From: an uncultured Gammaproteobacteria bacterium
GTDB taxonomy: Bacteria > Patescibacteriota > Microgenomatia > Levybacterales > UBA12049
Direction: 5' to 3'
Length of the DNA: 64,000 bases
NCBI GenBank assembly: GCA_964416505.1
Contig: CAYQEJ010000001.1
Span: 1,692 to 65,691, forward strand
The position numbers and the translations under genes are program-made. Shown in pieces: positions 55,698-64,000 of this stretch. The first letter of the stretch is position 1. Each line of letters begins with the position of its first letter. The notes beneath the pieces are model-generated. The model was not told where the DNA came from and searched no databases. It worked only from the letters and a program-made list of their open reading frames with translations.

Positions 55698-56837
55698 ATG
55701 TCCATGAAAAAAGTAATTTTTATACTTCTTTTTATTATTTTTAATTTTCTATTCATAAATAGAACAAAAGCTTCTTATGATCCCCTGTCTGTTCCGAATA
55801 ATAAAGTTGGGGTTCATATACTTTTTCCTGCAGAAATTGAAGATGCAAGCAGATTGGTAAATTCAAATGATGGAGATTGGGGATATGTTACTATTCCGAT
55901 CCAAGCTGGAGATAGAGACATTAAGAAATGGCAGGAATTTATGGATAAATGTAAAAAACTCCATATAAATCCACTCATCAGGCTTGCAACTCAAGGAGAT
56001 TATTTTAATAAGGCTTCCTGGCAGAAACCAACAGAAGAAGATATTGTTGATTTTTCGAATTTTCTAAATTCCCTAGAATGGCCTACAAAAAACAGGTACG
56101 TTATTGTATATAACGAGGTAAATCGATCAGATGAATGGGCTGGTGAAGCAAACCCTTCTGAATATGCTGAAATTCTTTCTTATGCAGTTACTGTTTTTAA
56201 ATCAAAAAACCAGGATTTTTTTATAATTTCCGGAGGCATGGATAATGCTTCAATCACTTCAAATGGCACCTACAATCAGTTTGATTTCTTTAGACTGATG
56301 AATCAAGCAGTACCAGGAATTTTTAATCAAATTGATGGGTATTCTTCTCATTCATATCCAAATCCAGCTTTCTCTTCCCCACCCGATGCAAATACGCCAA
56401 GAAGTATTTCAAGTTTTAAATATGAATTAGATGAAATATCCAGATTCTCAAATAAAAATCTTCCAGTTTTTATTACCGAAACAGGATGGAGTCAGGAAGA
56501 AATATCTAAAGTAGTCGTAGGAAATTATTTCAAAGAAGCATTTGAAAATGTTTGGAACGACTCACGAATCGTAGCTGTTACTCCATTTATTCTTACAGCT
56601 GGTCCTGGTTCATTTGAAAAGTTTTCTTTGACTAATGGAGGTAGTGAAAAAAATGAGGTTTATAAAGCCATCGAATCTATATCGAAAACAAATGGTTCCC
56701 CTAAGATAAATCCAATAAAAAAAGTATTGGGTGAAAAAGAAGAAGAAAAATTGCCAATTAAAGACTTTTCAAATAAAAAAAACAGAACCGATAAGGGCAC
56801 GAAAGCACTTATAAAATTATTATTCCTTGGTTTTTAG
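55698..56837 (+). CDS. Secreted clan GH-A glycoside hydrolase-like protein
   Basis: Signal peptide, YNEVN acid/base, SHSYP, VFITETGW nucleophile. Confidence 0.8.
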   Translation: MSMKKVIFILLFIIFNFLFINRTKASYDPLSVPNNKVGVHILFPAEIEDASRLVNSNDGDWGYVTIPIQAGDRDIKKWQEFMDKCKKLHINPLIRLATQGDYFNKASWQKPTEEDIVDFSNFLNSLEWPTKNRYVIVYNEVNRSDEWAGEANPSEYAEILSYAVTVFKSKNQDFFIISGGMDNASITSNGTYNQFDFFRLMNQAVPGIFNQIDGYSSHSYPNPAFSSPPDANTPRSISSFKYELDEISRFSNKNLPVFITETGWSQEEISKVVVGNYFKEAFENVWNDSRIVAVTPFILTAGPGSFEKFSLTNGGSEKNEVYKAIESISKTNGSPKINPIKKVLGEKEEEKLPIKDFSNKKNRTDKGTKALIKLLFLGF

Positions 56838-56859
56838 TGTGTTATAATCTTCGAATCTG

Positions 56860-57381
56860 ATGGAAGCAGAAAACATAGATAATTTAAAATTTGAAAGCAT
56901 AACATTTGGTACATTATCAGCCTCTGAAGTTCTTACACAAATTAAAGATTTTTTAGAAGAAAAGCCAAATATGGAATACAGCCTCGTCATTGGAACAGAT
57001 TCTCATGAAGTTGAAGGATCAGATCTTAAAAACAGAAAAATTAAATTGATCACAGCTGTTTTGGTTCACAGAAAGGGATTTGGTGGAAGATATTTCTGGG
57101 TAAGAAGGCATGCTTCACAAATCCATTCCTTAAGAGAGAAAATTTATGCTGAAACATTGGTTTCATTAGATTTTGCGGCTTCTTTTGTGCCACTTCTTAA
57201 AAAAATCCTTGACGGAAACTCACTCAACTATAATTTAGAAATTCACATTGATGTCGGAGAGCATGGCGAAACTCGCGACATGATAAAAGAAGTAGTAGGA
57301 ATGGTCACGGGAAGTGGATATGTGGCAAAGACAAAACCATATGCATATGGAGCCAGTTATGTAGCTGATAAACACACATGA
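56860..57381 (+). CDS. RNase H-like YkuK (DUF458) family protein
   Basis: IGTDS, GGRYF, EIHIDVG, KPYAYGASYVADKHT. Confidence 0.9.
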   Translation: MEAENIDNLKFESITFGTLSASEVLTQIKDFLEEKPNMEYSLVIGTDSHEVEGSDLKNRKIKLITAVLVHRKGFGGRYFWVRRHASQIHSLREKIYAETLVSLDFAASFVPLLKKILDGNSLNYNLEIHIDVGEHGETRDMIKEVVGMVTGSGYVAKTKPYAYGASYVADKHT

Positions 57382-57785
57382 GAAGAAAAAAATCAGTAAA
57401 ACTTGAATGGGAAGAAGCATCAGATGTAAGATCTGAACTAGAAAATATTGTCAAAACATTAGATTTTGACCACATACTTCTTGATCGTGTTTTTTGCTAC
57501 AGAACAGAAGGAAGTAGCGCAAGAGCTTATGCTAGAACATGGATGATGCCCAAAATATTCCAGCATGCATTAGGAATCCAACCTGCATATGTTATAGAAG
57601 TTCTTTCGAAATATTATGACAAGCTAAATGACGATGAAAAATCTAAAGTTTTAATTCATGAACTCTTGCATATACCAAAAAATTTTTCAGGTGCTCTACT
57701 CTCTCATCGAGGAGTTGGAAGGCATATTGGACACGATTCAAACGATTTATTTAAAAAGTACAAAAAATTAAAAAAATCATGGTAA
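57378..57785 (+). CDS. Putative metallopeptidase
   Basis: YVIEVLS...VLIHELLHIP. Confidence 0.8.
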   Translation: MRRKKSVKLEWEEASDVRSELENIVKTLDFDHILLDRVFCYRTEGSSARAYARTWMMPKIFQHALGIQPAYVIEVLSKYYDKLNDDEKSKVLIHELLHIPKNFSGALLSHRGVGRHIGHDSNDLFKKYKKLKKSW

Positions 57786-58447
57786 CTCTTATTCACGGAA
57801 ATGATACTTTAACTTCACGAAAGTTTTTTCAAGATCAAAAAGACAAAGACAGCCTTTCCTTTGATGCGGAAAACATAAATCTTGTTGAATTTGCTCAATC
57901 TCTTTCAGGATCATCTTTATTTGGTGAATCAAAAAAGGTTTTTATTGAAAATTGGTTTTCAAGGAAAGCAAAAAATTTAAAAGAAATTTCTGAAATTATA
58001 AATAACTCAGATAACGAGATTTTTTTATGGGCAGAAAAAGAGGTTGGAGTTAAAACTTTAGATTTAAAAAAAATTGAAAATAAAAATTTTAAAATCCCTC
58101 AAAATATTTGGAATTTTTTAGATTCAATTAGGCCAAATAATAAAAATAATGTACTTAATTTTCATAAAACTCTACCTGAATCGGATCCAGAAATTATCTT
58201 CGCAATGATTGTTCGTCAATTTAGATTGATGCTTGGAATAATAGAAGCATCTCAAGAGGCTATTGATGAAATTAAAAGAATTGCTCCATGGCAAAAAACA
58301 AAATTAACTAAACAAGCAAATTTATTTGGAATAGAAAATTTAAAGAAAATCTATAAAAAACTTTATAAAATCGATAAGAACATAAAAACTGGAAAAGGAA
58401 ATTTAAATCTCATCCAAAATATTGACATTCTTCTCCTTGAAATATAA
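57779..58447 (+). CDS. holA: DNA polymerase III delta subunit (short form)
   Basis: LIHG, SLFGESKKVFIE, IWNFLD, VRQFRL, ID..IKTG. Confidence 0.75.
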   Translation: MVTLIHGNDTLTSRKFFQDQKDKDSLSFDAENINLVEFAQSLSGSSLFGESKKVFIENWFSRKAKNLKEISEIINNSDNEIFLWAEKEVGVKTLDLKKIENKNFKIPQNIWNFLDSIRPNNKNNVLNFHKTLPESDPEIIFAMIVRQFRLMLGIIEASQEAIDEIKRIAPWQKTKLTKQANLFGIENLKKIYKKLYKIDKNIKTGKGNLNLIQNIDILLLEI

Positions 58448-58458
58448 GATTACTGAGT

Positions 58459-59856
58459 ATGAATATCGATCCTGCAATTTTTAAATCTTACGATATTAGA
58501 GGAAGATACCCTGAAAAAATAAATGAAGATATAGCCTCAGAAATTGCAAAAGCTATACATGCTTTTTTTGCAAAAAAACTTGGAAAAGAAGATTTCACAA
58601 TTGCACTTTCAAGAGACATGAGACTCTCCTCCCCTGCTCTATTTGAATCCATAAAAGATGTTTTGGTTAATCGAGGTGCAAATGTAATTGATTTAGGTAT
58701 GTGCTCTACTCCTACCTTCTACTTTGCTGTTTCTTATTATAAATATGACGCCGGAATTCAAATTACTGCCTCACATAATCCTAAAGATGATAATGGAATA
58801 AAATTTGTGATGAATACTCCACAAGGACTTCTAAAAATAGGCAAACCCACAGGAATGGAAGAAGTTAGAGATATGACAATTTCTGGAGTAGCAGATAATA
58901 ACGCTCCAAAAGGAACTGTTTCCCAAAAAACAGGAATACTTGAAGATGAGGTAAAAAATGCACTTAACTTATTCGGCAACCCAGAAATCAAGAAATTTAA
59001 GATTGCCGCTGATACTGCGAATGCTATGGGTGCATTATACATAGAAGCTTTAGCAAAAGTACTTCCTATTGAGCTTGTAAAAATGAACTTTGAGCTAGAT
59101 GGAAGCTTCCCTGTCCATCAGGCTGATCCGATGCAGCCGGAAAATTTAGTAGACATTCAGAAAAAAGTTGTAGAAGTTGGTGCTGATTTAGGTCTTGCAC
59201 CAGATGGAGATGGAGACAGGCTTTTTATAATTAACGAAAAAGGAGAAGTTGTTCCACCACCACAGATAGTTGGAATGCTATCTAAAGAATTATTAAAAGA
59301 TTCCCCTGGATCAAAAATAGTAGTTGATCAAAAATATTTTCTCACAGCTAAAAAAATAGTTGAAGAATGTGGTGGTGAATTGGTCCTTTCAAAAACAGGA
59401 CATGCATACATTACAGAAACTATGACCAAAACGGGAGCAATTTTTGGTGGCGAAGCTTCAGCTCACTATTACTACAAAGCTACAGGAAATGCTGAATCAC
59501 AAGTTATGACAATAGTTGGTGTGCTTAAAGTGCTTACTGAGGAAGATAAACCTATTTCAGAAGTGGCTGAAGAATTCAGAAGGAGCTATGAATCCGGAGA
59601 ATTTAATTATGAAGTATCTAATACACCTGAAATCATGACTCATTTGAGAGAAGTTTACTCAGAAGGGCAACTTTCTGAATTGGATGGAATCGCTATTAAT
59701 TTTCCAGATTGGAGATTTAGCGCAAGATCATCAAATACAGAACCTCTCTTAAGGATAAATGTGGAAGGAACTACTCGAGAAAAAGTAGATGAAGAGACTA
59801 GAAAAATTAAAGAAGAAATTGAATCTGTTGCTCATATAGAAAATTCCTCTCATTAA
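58459..59856 (+). CDS. Phosphomannomutase/phosphoglucomutase
   Basis: FKSYDIRG, ITASHNP, DGDGDR, GGEASAH, RSSNTEP. Confidence 0.95.
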   Translation: MNIDPAIFKSYDIRGRYPEKINEDIASEIAKAIHAFFAKKLGKEDFTIALSRDMRLSSPALFESIKDVLVNRGANVIDLGMCSTPTFYFAVSYYKYDAGIQITASHNPKDDNGIKFVMNTPQGLLKIGKPTGMEEVRDMTISGVADNNAPKGTVSQKTGILEDEVKNALNLFGNPEIKKFKIAADTANAMGALYIEALAKVLPIELVKMNFELDGSFPVHQADPMQPENLVDIQKKVVEVGADLGLAPDGDGDRLFIINEKGEVVPPPQIVGMLSKELLKDSPGSKIVVDQKYFLTAKKIVEECGGELVLSKTGHAYITETMTKTGAIFGGEASAHYYYKATGNAESQVMTIVGVLKVLTEEDKPISEVAEEFRRSYESGEFNYEVSNTPEIMTHLREVYSEGQLSELDGIAINFPDWRFSARSSNTEPLLRINVEGTTREKVDEETRKIKEEIESVAHIENSSH

Positions 59857-59857
59857 A

Positions 59858-60601
59858 ATGGCAAGCTTGTTTGATATTGCATTCAAGGCCTCGCAAAATG
59901 GAGCATTAGAAGCATTAAAATATTTTGATACTTCACTTGAGATTAGTTATAAAAGCGACAATACTCCTGTAACAATTGCAGATAAAAACACCGAGAAAAT
60001 TATTAGAGACACAATTCTCTCATTTGATAAAAATGCTAAATTCGTAGGAGAAGAAGGCGGAGGGGATTTAAAAGAAAAAAACTTTTGGATAATAGATCCG
60101 ATTGATGGAACAAGGAGTTTCTCAAGAGGAATTCCTTTATGGAGAATTTTAATTGGATATATAGAAGATGGCAAACCAAAATTTGGACTTAGTTATGATC
60201 CAGTTTCGAAAAATTTACTTTGGGGAGAAAAGGGAAAAGGAGCATTTTTCAATGAAAAAAAATGCAAAGTATCGAATGTTTCTGATCTTTCAAAAGCATA
60301 TCTTTATTACGGAAATCCAAAATATTTTCCAAAATTTGAAAATTTGATAGAACTTATCAAATCTGTCCAAACAGCAAGAAGCACAGACATAGGAAACCAA
60401 TTACTAGCAACGGGTAAAATTGACGTGTTAATAGATCCTTATGGAAGATCTTGGGACATTGCTCCATATAAAGTAATCATTGAAGAATCAGGAGGAATGA
60501 TTACAAATAGAAATGGTGGGGAATGGAAATTTGATGATGTAGGGTGTGTTGCGAGCAATGGACTTTTTCATAAAGATGTGATAAAAATATTGAATAAATG
60601 A
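59858..60601 (+). CDS. Inositol monophosphatase family protein
   Basis: PVTIAD, GEE, WIIDPIDGT, WDIA. Confidence 0.92.
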   Translation: MASLFDIAFKASQNGALEALKYFDTSLEISYKSDNTPVTIADKNTEKIIRDTILSFDKNAKFVGEEGGGDLKEKNFWIIDPIDGTRSFSRGIPLWRILIGYIEDGKPKFGLSYDPVSKNLLWGEKGKGAFFNEKKCKVSNVSDLSKAYLYYGNPKYFPKFENLIELIKSVQTARSTDIGNQLLATGKIDVLIDPYGRSWDIAPYKVIIEESGGMITNRNGGEWKFDDVGCVASNGLFHKDVIKILNK

Positions 60602-61608
60602 ATCCGAAAGATCCCTCAAATTTCAGGCAATTTATACTAGACACTCCTAATCAATTTAAAGTAGGATTTGAATTAGCAAAAAACGCAAAAGTAGAAGGAG
60701 AATTCGATTCCCTAACAGTTTCTGGAATGGGAGGCTCTGCTCTTCCCGTAAATCTTCTTCAATCTTATATAAATTCAATATCAGAAAATCCAATAAATAT
60801 TTTTATAAATAGAACTTACAATTTGCCTCCTCAGGCAAAGCAACCTGGATCATTAAATTTTGTTTCATCTTATTCTGGAACTACAGAAGAAACAATTTCA
60901 TCACTTGAAGAAATTCACTCTTTGGGAAAACCCTTTGTAGGATTTTCCAGTGCAGGAAATATTGAAGAATTGTGCGGTAAATATGGTATGCCACATGTAA
61001 AACTACCTATCCCCTATCCAAATTATCAACCAAGAATGGGAACAGGATACTTTTTCGCTTCCATGCTTAAAACTCTAATTAATCATAATATGGTGGAAGA
61101 TAAAACAGAAGATTTGTTAAAAGATGCACAAAGTTTTAATGAATTAATGCAAGGCTATGAAACAAAAGGTAAGGAGCTTGCTTCAAAGATCAAAGGAAAA
61201 ACACCTATTATTTACAGTTCTTCAAATCTCTCACCAGTAGCAATGGTTTGGAAAATTAAAATAAATGAAAATTCAAAAACTCCAGCATATTGGAATTATT
61301 TTCCTGAACTAAATCATAATGAAATGGTAGGCTATACTAATCCCCAGGCAAAATTTATTATAGTTATGCTTAGGGATCCAAAGGATCATCCAAGAAATCT
61401 AAAAAGATATGAGGTAACAGCAAAACTTTTGGAAAGCAAAGGAATAGAATCAGAGATTATTGATATTGATGGAGAAAGCACCTTCTCTAAAATGTTTTCA
61501 AGCATAACTCTTGCTGATTGGACATCATATTATTTAGCTTTAGAATACGACCAAGACCCTACTCCAGTTCATATGGTTGAGGAACTCAAGAAAATACTTG
61601 TTTCTTAA
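60598..61608 (+). CDS. Bifunctional phosphoglucose/phosphomannose isomerase
   Basis: GMGGS, SYSGTTEET, QPR, INENSK, PELNHNE. Confidence 0.93.
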   Translation: MNPKDPSNFRQFILDTPNQFKVGFELAKNAKVEGEFDSLTVSGMGGSALPVNLLQSYINSISENPINIFINRTYNLPPQAKQPGSLNFVSSYSGTTEETISSLEEIHSLGKPFVGFSSAGNIEELCGKYGMPHVKLPIPYPNYQPRMGTGYFFASMLKTLINHNMVEDKTEDLLKDAQSFNELMQGYETKGKELASKIKGKTPIIYSSSNLSPVAMVWKIKINENSKTPAYWNYFPELNHNEMVGYTNPQAKFIIVMLRDPKDHPRNLKRYEVTAKLLESKGIESEIIDIDGESTFSKMFSSITLADWTSYYLALEYDQDPTPVHMVEELKKILVS

Positions 61609-61686
61609 CTCTTTTTTATCTCTTACGTCAAGCATATTCTAGCTTTATATTTCTCCTTTAGAATAAATAAAAAGGAGGTGATTAAA

Positions 61687-61902
61687 TTGGCTAGGGTTAT
61701 TGAAGATACAGGAGACACTCACATAATTCACGAACACACTGATGGAAGCGGATCCAACAGTCTTATGCTTATATTAGGACTTGTATTGTTGGCGATATTT
61801 GTCTTCATATTTTTCTATTATGGACTACCAGCGCTTAAAAGCACTATGAGTCCTCAGATAAATGTTCCAGGACAAGTTGACGTGAACGTAAACAGGAAGT
61901 AA
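61687..61902 (+). CDS. Small single-TM protein
   Basis: SD GGAGGTG then TTG; TM followed by PQINVPGQVDVNV. Confidence 0.7.
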   Translation: MARVIEDTGDTHIIHEHTDGSGSNSLMLILGLVLLAIFVFIFFYYGLPALKSTMSPQINVPGQVDVNVNRK

Positions 61903-61942
61903 AGACTTGTAAAAAAACTTCCTAGGACCGATAATACAAATA

Positions 61943-64000
61943 ATGCCTGCGCGAAGTGTAGTTTGGTTTAAAGAAGTCGATAAGGAAGATATTCCTCTTG
62001 TTGGCGGAAAAGGAGCAAATCTTGGAGAAATGACCAGGGCGGGGTTTCCTGTACCTAATGGTTTTATAGTTACTGCTCATGCTTTCTTCGAATTCATAAA
62101 AGAAAATAATCTCGAGAAAAAAATAAAAAATATCCTCAATACGGTCAATTTTGATAATTCACACTCTTTGAAACAAGTTTCAGAACACATAAAGCGTGAA
62201 ATTATGTCTTCTAAGATGTCTGATGAGCTGATTAAAGAAATCTATCTATCCTATAAAGCGCTAGGCACAGTATCGGAGGACGCTTTAGTGGCTGTACGTT
62301 CTTCAGCAACGGCTGAAGATTTACCCAATGCCTCTTTCGCCGGACAACAAGAAACTTTTCTAAATGTTAGAGGCGAATCCAACCTTATTCTAAAAATTAA
62401 GGAGTGCTGGGCTTCTCTTTACGAAGAAAGAGCTATTTTTTACAGGCATGAAAACAAATTTGATGCTGTTAAAGTTGGTATCGCAGTTCCAGTTCAAAAA
62501 ATGGTTGAATCTGAAAAATCAGGAGTGATGTTTACAATCGACCCTGTTTCAAATGATAAAAATAAAATCGTAATTGAAGCAGTTTTCGGACTTGGGGAAA
62601 TGATTGTTCAGGGAATGGTTAAGCCGGATCATTATGAAGTTTCTAAATCTGACGATAAAATAATTTTGAAAGAAATTTCTTCACAAGCAAAAATGCTTAA
62701 AAAACATGGAGATGGAAATAAAGAAGTCAGAGTCCCCTTTTTAAAAAGAAAAAAACAAAAGATTACAGATAAGCAAATATTGGAGCTTTATAAGCTAGGA
62801 AGAAAACTTGAAAAACATTATTATTTTCCTCAAGATGTTGAGTGGGCAGTCTCAGGAGATGATGTCTATTTAGTTCAAACCCGTCCAATTACGACAATTA
62901 AAGAAGTTAAAACTTCTGACTCCAAACAAAACGTTAGAGTAGACTTCGGAGAGCTATTGGTAAAAGGCGATGGAGCGAGTCCGGGTATAATAACAGGCCC
63001 AGTAAAAATCATAAAAAGTGCGTCTCAAATCGGAGATGTAAAACCTGGAGATATTTTAGTTGCACCTCAAACTAACCCTGATTATGTTCCAGCTATGAAG
63101 AAAGCAAATGCAATAGTAACTGATTTAGGCGGAAGAACTTCGCATGCAGCTATTGTATCTAGAGAGATAGGAATTCCAGCTGTGGTGGGAACTGAAAAAG
63201 CTACAAAAGTTCTAAAAAATGGTCTAGTAGTTACAGTAAATGGTGCCACAGGAGAAATATTTAAAGGAGGAGACGTTTCTTTAAACGTTAAAGATGAAGC
63301 TTTCTCCGAAGATGAATCTATAAAAACAGCTACCAAAGTATATATGAATCTAGCGGAGCCGGATTTAGCAGCAAAACAGTCTCAAAGAAAAGCGGATGGA
63401 GTAGGACTACTTAGAGCTGAATTCATGATGGCTGGCATTGGAACTCATCCAAAAAAAATGATTAGAGATGGAAAGAAAAATGTATTCATAAAACAGTTAG
63501 CAGATAATCTTGAGGAATTCTGTAAATCATTTAACCCACGTCCAGTTGTATACAGAGCTTCAGATTTCAAAACAAATGAATACCGAAATTTAGTAGGAGG
63601 AAAAGAGTTTGAGCCTGTTGAGCCAAATCCAATGCTAGGTTACAGAGGTGCATTTAGATATATTCATGATTCTCAAGTTTTCAGGCTTGAATTAGAAGCT
63701 ATAAAACATGTGAGAGATATTAGAGGTTACAAAAATTTATGGCTAATGATTCCTTTTGTAAGAACTGTAAAGGAACTTCAAGATGTGAAAAAACTGATAG
63801 CCGAATCTGGTTTATCCCGCTCCCCTAGTTTCAAGCTTTGGATGATGGTCGAAATTCCAAGCAACGTAATTCTACTCGATAAATTCATTGAAACAGGAAT
63901 TGATGGAGTTTCTATTGGGACAAATGATTTAACCATGCTTATTCTAGGTACAGATCGAGACAATAATGAAGTTGCACATGAATATGATGAAAGAAATGAT
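61943..64000 (+). CDS. ppsA: Phosphoenolpyruvate synthase (pyruvate, water dikinase), 3'-truncated by the window edge; not in the ORF track
   Basis: MPARSVVWF...VGGKGANLGEM, VAVRSSATAEDLPNASFAGQQ, GGRTSHAAIVSRE, GVGLLRAEF. Confidence 0.96.
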   Translation, partial: MPARSVVWFKEVDKEDIPLVGGKGANLGEMTRAGFPVPNGFIVTAHAFFEFIKENNLEKKIKNILNTVNFDNSHSLKQVSEHIKREIMSSKMSDELIKEIYLSYKALGTVSEDALVAVRSSATAEDLPNASFAGQQETFLNVRGESNLILKIKECWASLYEERAIFYRHENKFDAVKVGIAVPVQKMVESEKSGVMFTIDPVSNDKNKIVIEAVFGLGEMIVQGMVKPDHYEVSKSDDKIILKEISSQAKMLKKHGDGNKEVRVPFLKRKKQKITDKQILELYKLGRKLEKHYYFPQDVEWAVSGDDVYLVQTRPITTIKEVKTSDSKQNVRVDFGELLVKGDGASPGIITGPVKIIKSASQIGDVKPGDILVAPQTNPDYVPAMKKANAIVTDLGGRTSHAAIVSREIGIPAVVGTEKATKVLKNGLVVTVNGATGEIFKGGDVSLNVKDEAFSEDESIKTATKVYMNLAEPDLAAKQSQRKADGVGLLRAEFMMAGIGTHPKKMIRDGKKNVFIKQLADNLEEFCKSFNPRPVVYRASDFKTNEYRNLVGGKEFEPVEPNPMLGYRGAFRYIHDSQVFRLELEAIKHVRDIRGYKNLWLMIPFVRTVKELQDVKKLIAESGLSRSPSFKLWMMVEIPSNVILLDKFIETGIDGVSIGTNDLTMLILGTDRDNNEVAHEYDERND

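Overview
AT-rich, compact bacterial chromosome segment that most likely comes from a Patescibacteria (CPR) genome of the Microgenomates type. This is inferred from gene content and style: short holA, DUF2079/GT-C membrane proteins, sortase, DUF2130, bifunctional PGI/PMI, and tRNAs without encoded CCA. It carries housekeeping genes (uvrA, uvrC, dinB, rnhB, secG, holA, phosphomannomutase, PGI/PMI, ppsA, an OmpR-type two-component pair) and four tRNAs (Lys-CTT, Arg-TCG, Lys-TTT, Glu-TTC). About twenty orphan genes, each with its own leaderless sigma70-type promoter, are interspersed among them. The most notable signals are: (1) a locus at 32.5-40.8 kb with four paralogous Asn/Thr-rich repeat secreted proteins, a sortase, an LPxTG substrate and a small DUF2292/YezD protein, where both convergent transcription units carry the same covarying leader hairpin (CTGACCGCAAACGGA) ahead of or overlapping an intrinsic terminator, a candidate undescribed small-protein/RNA antitermination switch for a surface fibre; (2) six copies of a 31-bp palindrome, each oriented with the gene downstream of it and occurring in pairs around orphan genes; (3) a TCCT(A/G)TAGT motif positioned at promoters of orphan genes; (4) an orphan gene inserted with a duplicated sortase 3' end; (5) a candidate ~80-nt standalone small RNA. 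All family assignments are from motif recognition by eye, not database searches.
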